From Bacilli bacterium (GTDB lineage: Bacteria; Bacillota_I; Bacilli_A; RFN20; CAG-826), in contig JAFSPN010000046.1 in the NCBI GenBank assembly GCA_017442875.1, positions 103,596-167,595 of the forward strand: a stretch of 64,000 nt of DNA. Reading direction: 5' to 3'. Shown here piece by piece: positions 19,850 through 29,125 of the stretch (position 1 is the stretch's first letter; every line of letters starts with the position of its first letter). Made by a program: the position numbers and the translations under genes. The notes under the pieces are model-generated. The model was given only the letters and a program-made list of their open reading frames with translations. It was not told the DNA's origin and did not search any database.

Positions 19850-21310
19850 TTATTCTTGTGGAGCATCCTCGGCTGTAGTAGATTCTTCTTTGTTCTTTTT
19901 GCCTAAGTTAACTACCACATTAACAATTATACCAAGAATTAACGCACATGCGACCTCTGTTAATTCAATGTAGGAAGCATCTGGGAAGACAAACTTCATT
20001 GAGAAGCCGCCGACACCAGCGATTAAGATAACGGAAACAACGAAGAGATTTCTATTTTCACCAAGGTCAACGCTTTGGATCATTTTTAAGCCAGAGACAG
20101 CGATGAAGCCGTATAACGCAATACATACACCACCCATGACTGGTGTTGGAATTGAAGCGAGCAAGGTTGAGAACGGTAAGAAGAAACTGAGGACAATTGC
20201 CATGACAGCAGTAGCCCAGATTGTTCTAATAGAAGCGTTGCCAGAAATAGCGACGCAGCCAACTGATTCACCATATGTTGTATTACAAGCACCACCAAAG
20301 AAGGCACCGGCCATTGAACCAACGCCATCACCGAGAAGTGTTCTATGCAAGCCTGGTTCTTCTAATAAATCTCTACCAATAATTGTACTTAAGTTTTTGT
20401 GGTCAGCGATGTGTTCAGCGAAAACAACGAACGCGACTGGAACATAGGCGACGGCTAATGTTCCTAAGTATGGACCAAATTTAGAGAAATCACTACCATC
20501 AGAGAATGCTTTGATGCCTTCAATGAAAGTGAATTCTGGGCACCAACCACCATAGAACTTGCCCCAACCAGCATTTTTAAAGATATCAAAATTTATGATT
20601 TTCAATGCATCATTTTGAGCTGCATAACCGATACCTGTTAAACCTAAAGCAACAAGGTATCCAGCACCGATACCAACGACGAATGGAATCAATCTCAAGA
20701 AGCCTTTTGGTTTGCTAAAAACTGATGTAATGATAACTGTGAATAATGTAACAAGGCCAACGACGATACACATCAAAACGTGTAAGTCAATTTTGCCTTC
20801 GCTTGCAGAGAATGATGGGACATCACCATAACCGAAAACGTTAGCAACAGCATTACCGGATAAGCTTAATCCGATGATTGCGACTGTTGGACCAATAACA
20901 ACGGCAGGCATAAGTTTGGAAATCCAACCTGTGCCGAATTTCTTACAAATTAAAGCTAAGATAACATAAACTAAACCAGCAAAAACTGCACCAACGATGA
21001 GGCCGAGGAAACCAATACTCATTGAAGCAGCGCCACCAAAGGCAGCAAACATACTTCCTAAAAAAGCGAACGAACTTCCTAAGAAGACTGGCGATTTAGA
21101 TTTTGTAAAAAGTAAATAGACGATTGTACCAACGCCAGCACCAAATAATGCGGCCGATTGGCTCATTGTTGAACCTGTAACACTGTTAACGATTGCAGGG
21201 ACAGCAATGGTAGCAGCCATGATGGCTAATAATTGTTGTAAAGCGAAGACAAGCGTTTTCCCCCAACTTGGCTTATCTTCAACATCGTAGATAAGGTTGC
21301 TCTTTGCCAT
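19850..21310 (-). CDS. uraA: uracil permease (NCS2 nucleobase:cation symporter)
   Basis: 486 aa, about 12-14 TM helices, NCS2 family features. It sits immediately upstream of upp in the same orientation (uraA-upp operon). Confidence 0.75.
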   Translation of the reverse strand: MAKSNLIYDVEDKPSWGKTLVFALQQLLAIMAATIAVPAIVNSVTGSTMSQSAALFGAGVGTIVYLLFTKSKSPVFLGSSFAFLGSMFAAFGGAASMSIGFLGLIVGAVFAGLVYVILALICKKFGTGWISKLMPAVVIGPTVAIIGLSLSGNAVANVFGYGDVPSFSASEGKIDLHVLMCIVVGLVTLFTVIITSVFSKPKGFLRLIPFVVGIGAGYLVALGLTGIGYAAQNDALKIINFDIFKNAGWGKFYGGWCPEFTFIEGIKAFSDGSDFSKFGPYLGTLAVAYVPVAFVVFAEHIADHKNLSTIIGRDLLEEPGLHRTLLGDGVGSMAGAFFGGACNTTYGESVGCVAISGNASIRTIWATAVMAIVLSFFLPFSTLLASIPTPVMGGVCIALYGFIAVSGLKMIQSVDLGENRNLFVVSVILIAGVGGFSMKFVFPDASYIELTEVACALILGIIVNVVVNLGKKNKEESTTAEDAPQE

Positions 21311-21332
21311 ATAATGTTTCTCCTTTCGAGCA

Positions 21333-21361
21333 AAAAAAATGACTCGACAATTAGCGAGTCA
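21333..21361 (-). promoter_or_regulatory. terminator-like attenuator hairpin in the uraA 5' leader
   Basis: Minus strand: GACTCG-ctaattgt-CGAGTC followed by ATTTTTTTT, then the AAGGAGAAA RBS and the uraA ATG 30 nt later. Additional hairpins lie further upstream in the leader. Confidence 0.45.
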
Positions 21362-21640
21362 ATCAACAAATAAGAATAGCGACAGAAATGCTGTTGAGAG
21401 GGGAGAAACCCCCTATTGCGGTAGGCTTTTCGGTTCTCTTACATCTCTTTTTCATACGCATTCTTTGCCTAAAAGATTACCACATACATATGACATTTCA
21501 AAACATTTTTTTAAGAAAATTTAGAAGATGTAACTCAATGGCAAAAATGTCACAACAAAGGTGGCAAAAAAAGCATATAAAAGTGTTTATCATAGTATCC
21601 CTTTGCTATACAATGTTAGTGTTGTTAAGAGGTAATAATC

Positions 21641-22192
21641 ATGACCAAAAAAGAAGAAGTTATCGCATTAGCGGATCAATATATTAAAGATGTACCTGGA
21701 TTTCCAAAGCCAGGAATCATTTTTAAAGATGTCACACCAGTATTTGAAAACCCTGAATATCTTCAAAAAGTATTCGATGTAATGGTCGAAGAATTAAAAG
21801 AAAGAAACATCCAATTTGATAAGATTGTTTGTCCAGAAGCCAGAGGCTTTTTATTCGGACCAACGCTTGGATTATTAACTAAAAAAGGTGTCGTAATCGC
21901 TAGAAAACCAGGTAAACTTCCAAGACCTGGATTTTGCGTTTCTTATAACTTGGAATACGGCACCGCTACTCTTGTTGTTTCTGAAGATTCGATTAAACCA
22001 GGAGATAAAGTATTAGTGGTCGATGACCTTTTAGCGACAGGCGGATCCGCAAAAGCGTTATGCGAACTCGTGGAAAGAAGTGGCGCTAATGTCGCAGCGG
22101 TCATGTTCTATATCGAATTAACACCTCTTAATGGCCGTAAGGTGTTAGAAAAATATCCAGTAATTTCGATTGTTCCAGTCGAAGCTTATTAA
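21641..22192 (+). CDS. apt: adenine phosphoribosyltransferase
   Basis: 183 aa; PRPP motif VLVVDDLLATGGS; AGAGG RBS; typical APRT length. Confidence 0.85.
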   Translation: MTKKEEVIALADQYIKDVPGFPKPGIIFKDVTPVFENPEYLQKVFDVMVEELKERNIQFDKIVCPEARGFLFGPTLGLLTKKGVVIARKPGKLPRPGFCVSYNLEYGTATLVVSEDSIKPGDKVLVVDDLLATGGSAKALCELVERSGANVAAVMFYIELTPLNGRKVLEKYPVISIVPVEAY

Positions 22193-22219
22193 TAATCAAA
22201 AAAATAATTAAAGAAAATT

Positions 22220-22265
22220 TCTCGCGCGATAAATCCTTGATGTAAAAATACGTGCGAGATTTTTC
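22220..22265 (+). terminator. probable apt terminator (long-loop hairpin plus T-run)
   Basis: TCTCGCGCG...CGTGCGAGA (1 mismatch) with a 22-nt loop, followed by TTTTTC. Confidence 0.4.
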
Positions 22266-22352
22266 ATTTTATTAAAATAAATTTGCCTTTTTGTGGTTGC
22301 TTTTTAGCTAATAAATGAACCATAATAATTATGTCAGTGATGTCACTCACTG

Positions 22353-22419
22353 GCTTCGTATAATTCCCTAATTGGAGGGAAGTCTCTACACCGCACCGTA
22401 CAATGTGGTACTACGAAAA
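22353..22419 (+). promoter_or_regulatory. purine riboswitch aptamer, guanine/hypoxanthine class (C at the discriminator position)
   Basis: P1 UUCGUA/UACGAA. J1-2 UAAU. P2 UCCCU-AAUUGG-AGGGA (consensus L2 AUAUGG). J2-3 AGUCUCUAC (consensus AGUUUCUAC). P3 ACCGC...GUGGU. J3-1 AC immediately before the P1 3' strand, as in B. subtilis xpt. Confidence 0.7.
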
Positions 22420-22470
22420 ATCTATCGACGAAATAGCCGTTCGTGCATTTTCGGCATTGATTTAAAAGTA

Positions 22471-22506
22471 GAGGCTTCCAATTAAAGGAAGCTCATTTTT
22501 ATTTTT
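22471..22506 (+). terminator. expression-platform intrinsic terminator of the purine riboswitch (OFF switch)
   Basis: Stem GAGGCTTCC/GGAAGCTC followed by ATTTTTATTTTT, 30 nt before the AGGAGG RBS of the BMP lipoprotein gene. Confidence 0.65.
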
Positions 22507-22535
22507 AAGAAGTTTAAGGAGGAAGAGAAACAAAA

Positions 22536-23780
22536 ATGAAGAAAGTACGTTTATTTACATTATTGGCTTTACCAGCATGCTGCTTAACCGCTTGCGGTGG
22601 TACTGATTACAAACCAGAACTAGATTTCAAAGCATCCGACGTTAAAGTTGGTCTCATTTGCTTACATGGTGATTACAGCACATACGATGCCAACTTCATC
22701 GACGCGATGAATCAAGCAAAACAAGAGCTTGGTTTCGAACTCCAAGTTGCCGAAAACATTGACGAAGGTCAACCATGCTACGACAAGGCCGTTCAAATGG
22801 CTGAATTAGGCTGCAATATTATTTTCGCCGACTCATTCGGTCACGAACCATACATGATCAACGCTGCTAAAGAATATCCAGAAGTCTTATTCTGCCACGC
22901 GACAGGTACAACTGCTGCTAAAGAAAACTTAGACAACTTCGGTGATGCTTTCGCTTCTATCTACGAAGGTAGATATTTAGCTGGTGTTGCCGGTGGTTTA
23001 AAACTCGCTGCTTTATACGGCAATGGCAATGGCGCGAACGTTAGTGCTGAAAACTCCGTCGTCGGTTATGTCGGCGCCTTCACATACGCCGAAATCATTT
23101 CCGGTTTCACATCCTTCTATCTTGGCGTTAAGAGCGTTGTCCCAAACGCCACAATGAAAGTCAAATACAGTGGTTCTTGGTACGATGAAACAAAAGAAAA
23201 AGAAATTGCCAACGAATTAATCAGCCAAGAAGGCTGCAAATTAATTTCCCAACACGCTGATAGCCACGGTGCTCCACAAGCTTGCCAAGCCGCCGGTATT
23301 CCAAACGTTTCCTATAACGGTTCAACATTAAGTGATGGTCCAAGCACATACTTAGTTTCTTCCAGAATTAACTGGGCTCCATATTACAAACACGTCATCA
23401 ATAATTACGTTGATGCCCGTCAAAAAGGTAACAAACGTACTGTTGAAAACGACTTCACCGGTACATTAAAAGATGGTTCCGTTGAAATCCTTGCCGCTAG
23501 CGCAAACTGTGCTGAAGGCACACAAGCTCAATTAGACGCTGTTAAAGCGGAATTAATCGCTGGCACACGTCATGTCTTTGATACGAGCAAATTCACCGTT
23601 GGTGGTGCTGCTCCATCTGCCACAAATATGAAACCAGGCGATGCCACATGGCCGAATATGCCATCCAACGTCGACTTATTAAAAGATGGCTACTATCATG
23701 AATCCGAATTCAGAAGCGCTCCTTCATTCGATGTCATCATCGATGGTATTACCAACCTCAACGTCAACTTTGGCGAATAA
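22536..23780 (+). CDS. BMP-family (PnrA-like) nucleoside-binding lipoprotein, ABC substrate-binding component
   Basis: 414 aa; lipoprotein signal MKKVRLFTLLALPACCLTAC|GG (lipobox LTAC) and BMP-family core. Confidence 0.7.
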   Translation: MKKVRLFTLLALPACCLTACGGTDYKPELDFKASDVKVGLICLHGDYSTYDANFIDAMNQAKQELGFELQVAENIDEGQPCYDKAVQMAELGCNIIFADSFGHEPYMINAAKEYPEVLFCHATGTTAAKENLDNFGDAFASIYEGRYLAGVAGGLKLAALYGNGNGANVSAENSVVGYVGAFTYAEIISGFTSFYLGVKSVVPNATMKVKYSGSWYDETKEKEIANELISQEGCKLISQHADSHGAPQACQAAGIPNVSYNGSTLSDGPSTYLVSSRINWAPYYKHVINNYVDARQKGNKRTVENDFTGTLKDGSVEILAASANCAEGTQAQLDAVKAELIAGTRHVFDTSKFTVGGAAPSATNMKPGDATWPNMPSNVDLLKDGYYHESEFRSAPSFDVIIDGITNLNVNFGE

Positions 23781-23840
23781 TCTTTAACATTAAACAGGGG
23801 GCAAACCAAACTTGCCCCCCTTTCTCTTTTTGGGGTCACT

Positions 23841-25670
23841 ATGTTAACCACAAGCAATAACATAAAAGTTGTAGAATTAAAAAATATTACCAAAGTATTT
23901 GGTAGTAAAGTTGCTAATCTAAACGTTAATCTCGATTTATATAAAGGCGAGATTCTTTCAATATTAGGAGAAAACGGTTCTGGAAAAACTACCTCAATGA
24001 ACATTATTTCCGGTCTATACGCTCCTGATGAAGGCAGCATTTATATAAATGGCGAGCTCGCTAAAATCAATTCACCCCACGACTCTTTAATGTATGGCAT
24101 CGGTATGGTTCATCAACACTTCAAATTGGTGGATGTTTTTACCGCTGCGGAAAACATTGTTCTTGGTTTAGATAAACAAGACTACGCTAATTTCGCTAAA
24201 AAAATAGAAGAGCAAGAAGAATCACGCTTTGCGGAATTAAGAAAGCAAGGTAAAGAGCCAAGCGAAGAAGAGCTTAAAGAAAGTAAAAAGCGCATCAACG
24301 CGGCTAAATCATTCAACATTAAAAACGCCGCTAGTCGCATCAAAGAAATGTGCGACCGCTATGGTTTTGAATTAGACCCAAATAAAAAGGTCTACAACAT
24401 GACCGTTAGCGAAAAGCAAACACTCGAAATCGTTAAAGCGTTATATAGAAATGCTAATATTTTAATATTAGACGAACCAACAGCGGTCTTAACTCCACAA
24501 GAAATCGACCGCTTATTTATGGTTATTCAAAACATGAGAAACGATGGTAAATCTATCGTTATCATTACTCATAAATTAAATGAAGTTATGCGCATCAGTG
24601 ACCGCGTCGCGATCTTTAGGAAAGGTGAACACGTTGCCACCGTTGAAACAAATAAGACATCCATTAAAGAATTAACCGATATGATGGTTGGTGCGAAAGT
24701 CGACTTAGAAATCGAAAGAAGTACCCCAACAGATGTCGCTGATCGTTTATTTGTCAATAATCTTTCAGTTAAAAATAATGATGGACGTGTAGTGATTAAT
24801 GATGTCAGTTTCGTTGCTAGAAGCGGTGAAATTCTTGGTATCGCCGGTATTTCTGGCAGTGGCCAAAAAGAATTATTAGAAGCTATCCAAGGTTTAAGAC
24901 CATTAGAAAGCGGGGAAATCATTTTCCATAACCCAAAGAAAGATAAACCGGCTACATTCTTCCATAAGACATTAAAGAAAATTAAAGCATTAGCCGCGCA
25001 TGGCGCGTTCCATGACCCAGATGGTAAACGCATTAACTTCAAGGGCATGAGCAATAAAGAAATTAGAAAAATGGTTAACGATTGTAAAGTTCTCTTCTAC
25101 GAAGATGAAATCGTCAATTTAAAAGGTAAGAACCCACTTCAAATTAGAGAATTAGGCATTAGATTAAGCTTCGTTCCTGAAGATAGATTAGGTATGGGCT
25201 TAGTTAGCAATATGAACTTAGTGGATAACACTATGCTAAGAAGTTATCGTCATGGCCACTGGATTTTCCTTGATCGTGAAAGACCAAGAAAGCTCATTGA
25301 AAAGATTATTAAAGAACTAGATGTTTCCACGCCAGGCACAAATACACAGATTTCTAAGTTATCTGGTGGTAACGTTCAAAAGGTCTTAGTTGGTAGAGAA
25401 ATCGCTTTAGCCCCTAAAGTCTTTATGGCGGCTTATCCAGTTCGTGGTTTAGACATCAACTCTTCTTACACAATTTATAATTTATTAGACAAACAAAAAT
25501 GTAGCGGTATCGCTGTTATCTATGTTGGTGAAGACTTAGACGTCTTGCTCGCATTATGCGACCGCATTATGGTTTTGTGCGATGGCAGAATCAGTGGTTT
25601 TGTCGACGCAAGAAAAGCCACTAAAGAACAAATCGGTGAAATGATGACTAGACACGGGGAGGTTCAATAA
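23841..25670 (+). CDS. ABC transporter ATP-binding protein with two fused NBDs (nucleoside/sugar type)
   Basis: 609 aa; two Walker A motifs (GENGSGKTT; GISGSGQKE), an LSGG signature and Walker B in each half. Confidence 0.8.
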   Translation: MLTTSNNIKVVELKNITKVFGSKVANLNVNLDLYKGEILSILGENGSGKTTSMNIISGLYAPDEGSIYINGELAKINSPHDSLMYGIGMVHQHFKLVDVFTAAENIVLGLDKQDYANFAKKIEEQEESRFAELRKQGKEPSEEELKESKKRINAAKSFNIKNAASRIKEMCDRYGFELDPNKKVYNMTVSEKQTLEIVKALYRNANILILDEPTAVLTPQEIDRLFMVIQNMRNDGKSIVIITHKLNEVMRISDRVAIFRKGEHVATVETNKTSIKELTDMMVGAKVDLEIERSTPTDVADRLFVNNLSVKNNDGRVVINDVSFVARSGEILGIAGISGSGQKELLEAIQGLRPLESGEIIFHNPKKDKPATFFHKTLKKIKALAAHGAFHDPDGKRINFKGMSNKEIRKMVNDCKVLFYEDEIVNLKGKNPLQIRELGIRLSFVPEDRLGMGLVSNMNLVDNTMLRSYRHGHWIFLDRERPRKLIEKIIKELDVSTPGTNTQISKLSGGNVQKVLVGREIALAPKVFMAAYPVRGLDINSSYTIYNLLDKQKCSGIAVIYVGEDLDVLLALCDRIMVLCDGRISGFVDARKATKEQIGEMMTRHGEVQ

Positions 25671-25671
25671 T

Positions 25672-26826
25672 ATGGCTGATAAAGTCGCAAGAGAAAAGTT
25701 TATAAGAATCTCTCGTCGTACCGATGTTAAATTATGGCAAAGGATTGTTATTATTGGTGCTTCCATTTTATTCGCATTCTTATTAATTGGTTTAATTTCC
25801 AACATTGCCGCGCCAGGAAGTTTCTTAAGATTCTACGAATACATGTTCAAAGGAACATTCTCCACACCACGTATTTTCATGACTTTGTTATGGAATGTTG
25901 GTTTGATGCTTTTGGTTGCTGTTGCTTTAGCCCCAGCATTTAAGATGCGTTTCTGGAACATCGGCGCTGAGGGTCAATGCTTGATGGGCGCGTTAGGTGC
26001 AGTTATTGGTTTATACTTTATTGCCCCACACGTCCCTACTTTCTTAGCTTTAATCATTGAATTCTTATTAGCGATTTTATTCGCTGCGGTTTGGGCGGCG
26101 ATTCCTGCTATTTTCAAAGCATTCTTAAATACAAATGAAACATTGTTCACATTAATGATGAACTATATGGCCACCGGTATTGTTGCCTCATTCATTATTT
26201 TTAATCAAACACCAGGTAGATCTGGCACGATTGATCCATTAAACTCCGCTACTAAAGCTGGTTGGATGCCGCAAATCCAATTCTTCCATAACAGTTATGT
26301 TTATAACATCATCATTATCGCGTTAGTCGCGGTTGTTATCTGGGGATACTTAAGATTCTCTAAACATGGCTATGAATTGTCCGTTGTTGGCGGTAGTCAA
26401 AATACAGCGAGATATGTCGGTATTAACGTTAAGAAAGTTATTATCAGAACAATTGTCCTTAGCGGTGTTGTTTGTGGTGTTGTCGGCTTCTTATTAGTCG
26501 CTGGTGGTAGCCACACCATTTCCGCAAGTATTGTTAGTGGTAGAGGCTTTACAGCAATTCTAGTATGTTGGGCAGGTAACTTTAATGTACCAATGATGCT
26601 CTTCTATTCATTCTTAATTACATTCGTTTCAAGTGGCAGTAGTACTGCTTCTTCCGCTTTACCATATTCCGATGCGATTAGTGAAGTTGCGACAGCGGTA
26701 TTCTTCATAATTATTATCGCTAGCACATTCTTTGTTAACTTTAACGTTCACATTCCTTGGTTAAAGAAATTGATAGATAAGATAAAAGATCTATTTAAAA
26801 AGAAAGAAAAGGAGGCAGCACAATAA
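25672..26826 (+). CDS. ABC transporter permease (BPD_transp_2 family)
   Basis: 384 aa polytopic membrane protein immediately after the ATPase. Confidence 0.7.
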   Translation: MADKVAREKFIRISRRTDVKLWQRIVIIGASILFAFLLIGLISNIAAPGSFLRFYEYMFKGTFSTPRIFMTLLWNVGLMLLVAVALAPAFKMRFWNIGAEGQCLMGALGAVIGLYFIAPHVPTFLALIIEFLLAILFAAVWAAIPAIFKAFLNTNETLFTLMMNYMATGIVASFIIFNQTPGRSGTIDPLNSATKAGWMPQIQFFHNSYVYNIIIIALVAVVIWGYLRFSKHGYELSVVGGSQNTARYVGINVKKVIIRTIVLSGVVCGVVGFLLVAGGSHTISASIVSGRGFTAILVCWAGNFNVPMMLFYSFLITFVSSGSSTASSALPYSDAISEVATAVFFIIIIASTFFVNFNVHIPWLKKLIDKIKDLFKKKEKEAAQ

Positions 26827-27824
26827 TGAATATATCATTCTTCGTTGGTGTTATTAGCATCATGGTTGTCTTCTTATATGGCTGTATTGGTGAAATCATT
26901 ACAGAAAAGAGCGGACACTTAAACTTAGGTACTCCTGGCGTTATGTGTTTTGGTGCGACAGGCGCAGTTGTTGGTGCCAGAATATTTATTAATATTACCG
27001 GCGGACCAGACGCAGTCCGAGATGGCGCTGGTAGTCCAGTTTTAGGTATCTTCTTATTAGTCTTGTTCTGCTTAATCTTTGCAGGTATCGCTGGCTTATT
27101 ATATTGCTTCCTAGTTGATACATTACGTTGTAATCAAAACGCTACTGGTTTAGTAATTACCACTCTAGGTGTTGGTATTTATAAGTTCATCGGTAGTATC
27201 TTATGTCCGCAAGTTGATAGACACGGCTTTACCGCGATTGGTAGAAGGTTCTTCTCATCACCACTACCGGTTGATTTCAGAAACTCTAACTGGTTCACGC
27301 AGTTATTCCTGTCATATAGCACTCTTGTATATATCGCTATCATTATTGCGATTATCGTCTTTATTATCATTAAGAAGACACGTATCGGCTTAAATTTAAG
27401 AGCGGTTGGTGAAAACCCAGGTACAAGTGACGCTAGTGGCGTTAACGTTACAAGATATAAATATGTTGCTACAATTGTTGGTTCATTAATTACTGGTTTA
27501 GGTGGTTTATATTACTTATTCGACTACAACACCGGTAGTATGGAATATTCCTTAGAAGGTTTAGGCTGGATTGCTGTGGCCTTAGTTATCTTCTCAATTT
27601 GGAATACTGGTCTTGCGGTATTTGGTTCATTCGTCTTCGCGTTCTTCTATCAATTGCCAACTCCACTTTCCAATATCATCAAAAACGAAGCTATCAGTCC
27701 ATTAGTTAGCACACTTCCATATTTGATTACTATCTTGGTCTTAATTACTATTTCAATCTTTAATAAGAAAGAGACGCAGCCACCGTCTGCTTTAGGCCTC
27801 ACATACTTTAGAGAAGACAGATAA
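26826..27824 (+). CDS. ABC transporter permease (second, BPD_transp_2 family)
   Basis: 332 aa polytopic membrane protein; ATG overlaps the previous stop. Confidence 0.7.
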   Translation: MNISFFVGVISIMVVFLYGCIGEIITEKSGHLNLGTPGVMCFGATGAVVGARIFINITGGPDAVRDGAGSPVLGIFLLVLFCLIFAGIAGLLYCFLVDTLRCNQNATGLVITTLGVGIYKFIGSILCPQVDRHGFTAIGRRFFSSPLPVDFRNSNWFTQLFLSYSTLVYIAIIIAIIVFIIIKKTRIGLNLRAVGENPGTSDASGVNVTRYKYVATIVGSLITGLGGLYYLFDYNTGSMEYSLEGLGWIAVALVIFSIWNTGLAVFGSFVFAFFYQLPTPLSNIIKNEAISPLVSTLPYLITILVLITISIFNKKETQPPSALGLTYFREDR

Positions 27825-27832
27825 AGATAATA

Positions 27833-27860
27833 GAAAACGGCCGTTGCTGGTCGTTTTTAA
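27833..27860. terminator. bidirectional terminator between the ABC operon and the convergent FNT/xpt operon
   Basis: AAAACGGCC-gttgct-GGTCGTTTTT. Confidence 0.5.
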
Positions 27861-27882
27861 TTTTATTAAGTATTTTATGCTC

Positions 27883-28554
27883 TTATTCTTTTTTGGAGGC
27901 TAAGATGGCCGCTAAATGGACAATACATCTAACTAAAAGAGCGCCAATACTATTGGTTAATATCACAATTAAGATGTTCCAGAGATATTCAAGCTTCCAA
28001 GAGAAGTCCATACCGAAGTAGAACATATTAGCGACGCAGTGTTGGAAACCACAATAAACGAATAATGTGACTGCGGTGATAATACCAATAATCTTCATGC
28101 CATAGTTCTGTAAGTTCTTATAGAAATATACCGCAATATACACTAACGCACCACATAAGATACCTTGGATGAATACTGTGTTGGAGTCAATCTTGCCTTG
28201 CGCTATAGCCGCGATTCTATTAGCGACTTCAGGCACATTCATGAAAATGAAGTGACAAACAATGCCAATGGCAAACGCGCCAATGGTATTCCCTACAAGC
28301 ATAATAGGTAAGTTGATTGCGTTATTTATGACATCTCTTTTGGCTTCTCCATCGAATACAGTGCCAATTTTGCCAGTATAAAGCTGTAATCCTAATACAC
28401 AAACAAGAATTAAGCCGACAGAGAATAAAGCGGACGCAAGAAATAAACCCATCGCATCAGTAAGATAAGCGCTGACAACGGTAAAAGCTAAAGATCCTAG
28501 ACCGATAGCTAGTCCAGCAAAGATGCCAAAAAGAAGTACCTTCAAATATTTCAT
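27883..28554 (-). CDS. formate/nitrite transporter (FNT) family channel-like protein, divergent signature
   Basis: About 223 aa from MKYLKV (ATG 1 nt after the xpt stop; an upstream ATG at 28578 is also possible). FNT signature 2 reads GFQHCVANMFY (usual F-E-H-S/C-I-A-N-M); signature 1 reads GLQLYTGK (usual GAELFTGN). Confidence 0.5.
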   Translation of the reverse strand: MKYLKVLLFGIFAGLAIGLGSLAFTVVSAYLTDAMGLFLASALFSVGLILVCVLGLQLYTGKIGTVFDGEAKRDVINNAINLPIMLVGNTIGAFAIGIVCHFIFMNVPEVANRIAAIAQGKIDSNTVFIQGILCGALVYIAVYFYKNLQNYGMKIIGIITAVTLFVYCGFQHCVANMFYFGMDFSWKLEYLWNILIVILTNSIGALLVRCIVHLAAILASKKE

Positions 28555-28555
28555 A

Positions 28556-29125
28556 TTAGAATACTGGTTTGTTATCAACGAATGCTTTCACATCCGCAGC
28601 ACTATACACTTTAAGACCCAAAGCTTCTAATCGATTTCTTCCACCTTGGAAACCTTTTTCAATAGCGACAGCGACGCCCACTACTTTTGTGCCGGCTTGT
28701 TTGCATAAATCAATCAAACCAATAGAGGCATTTCCTTCGGCCAAAAAATCATCGACAATCAATACCGTGTCGCTTGGTTTTAAATATTTATTAGCCACTG
28801 TAATCTTGGAAACGATATTACGTGTGAATGATTTTACTTCAGCTGTATAAACATCATTGCCAACAGTTGCGGATTTGCTCTTTTTAGCAAAGACCAATGG
28901 AAGATTTCCCATCTCTTCCGCTACTGCGTAAGCAAAAGCGATACCACTTGTTTCAATGGTTAATATTTTATTAACTCCAAATGAGGCAAATTCTTTGGTG
29001 ATATCTTTGGCAATATCTCTAACCAAAGCCACGTCTATTTGATGGTTGATGAAAGAATCGACTTTGAGAATATCATTATTAATGACGACACCATCTTCGA
29101 TAATGCGTTGCTCCAAATTTTTCAT
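28556..29125 (-). CDS. xpt: xanthine phosphoribosyltransferase
   Basis: 189 aa; collinear with B. subtilis Xpt (LKVDSFINHQID, TIETSGIA, LIVDDFLAEG, IEKGFQGGR). Confidence 0.85.
   Translation of the reverse strand: MKNLEQRIIEDGVVINNDILKVDSFINHQIDVALVRDIAKDITKEFASFGVNKILTIETSGIAFAYAVAEEMGNLPLVFAKKSKSATVGNDVYTAEVKSFTRNIVSKITVANKYLKPSDTVLIVDDFLAEGNASIGLIDLCKQAGTKVVGVAVAIEKGFQGGRNRLEALGLKVYSAADVKAFVDNKPVF

Noticed and set aside
21360-21460. PyrR binding site in the uraA leader
   Set aside because: I looked for the conserved PyrR-binding loop (CCAGAGAGGCU-like) on the minus strand and found no convincing match, so only a generic attenuator is reported.
21339-21687. ORFs of 61 and 99 aa in the uraA/apt divergent intergenic region (21339..21524 and 21388..21687)
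   Set aside because: They have no RBS, no similarity to known proteins, and overlap the structured uraA leader and the apt promoter and start. They are treated as non-coding regulatory DNA.
23696-24040. 114-aa minus-strand ORF spanning the BMP-ATPase junction
   Set aside because: It is antisense to two well-supported genes, with no RBS and no motifs; a spurious ORF from AT-rich sequence.
24569-25054. 161-aa antisense ORF inside the ABC ATPase gene, and similar antisense ORFs (e.g. 846..1091, 3293..3592, 20103..20447, 55868..56554)
   Set aside because: All are embedded antisense or out-of-frame within strongly supported genes and show low-complexity composition.
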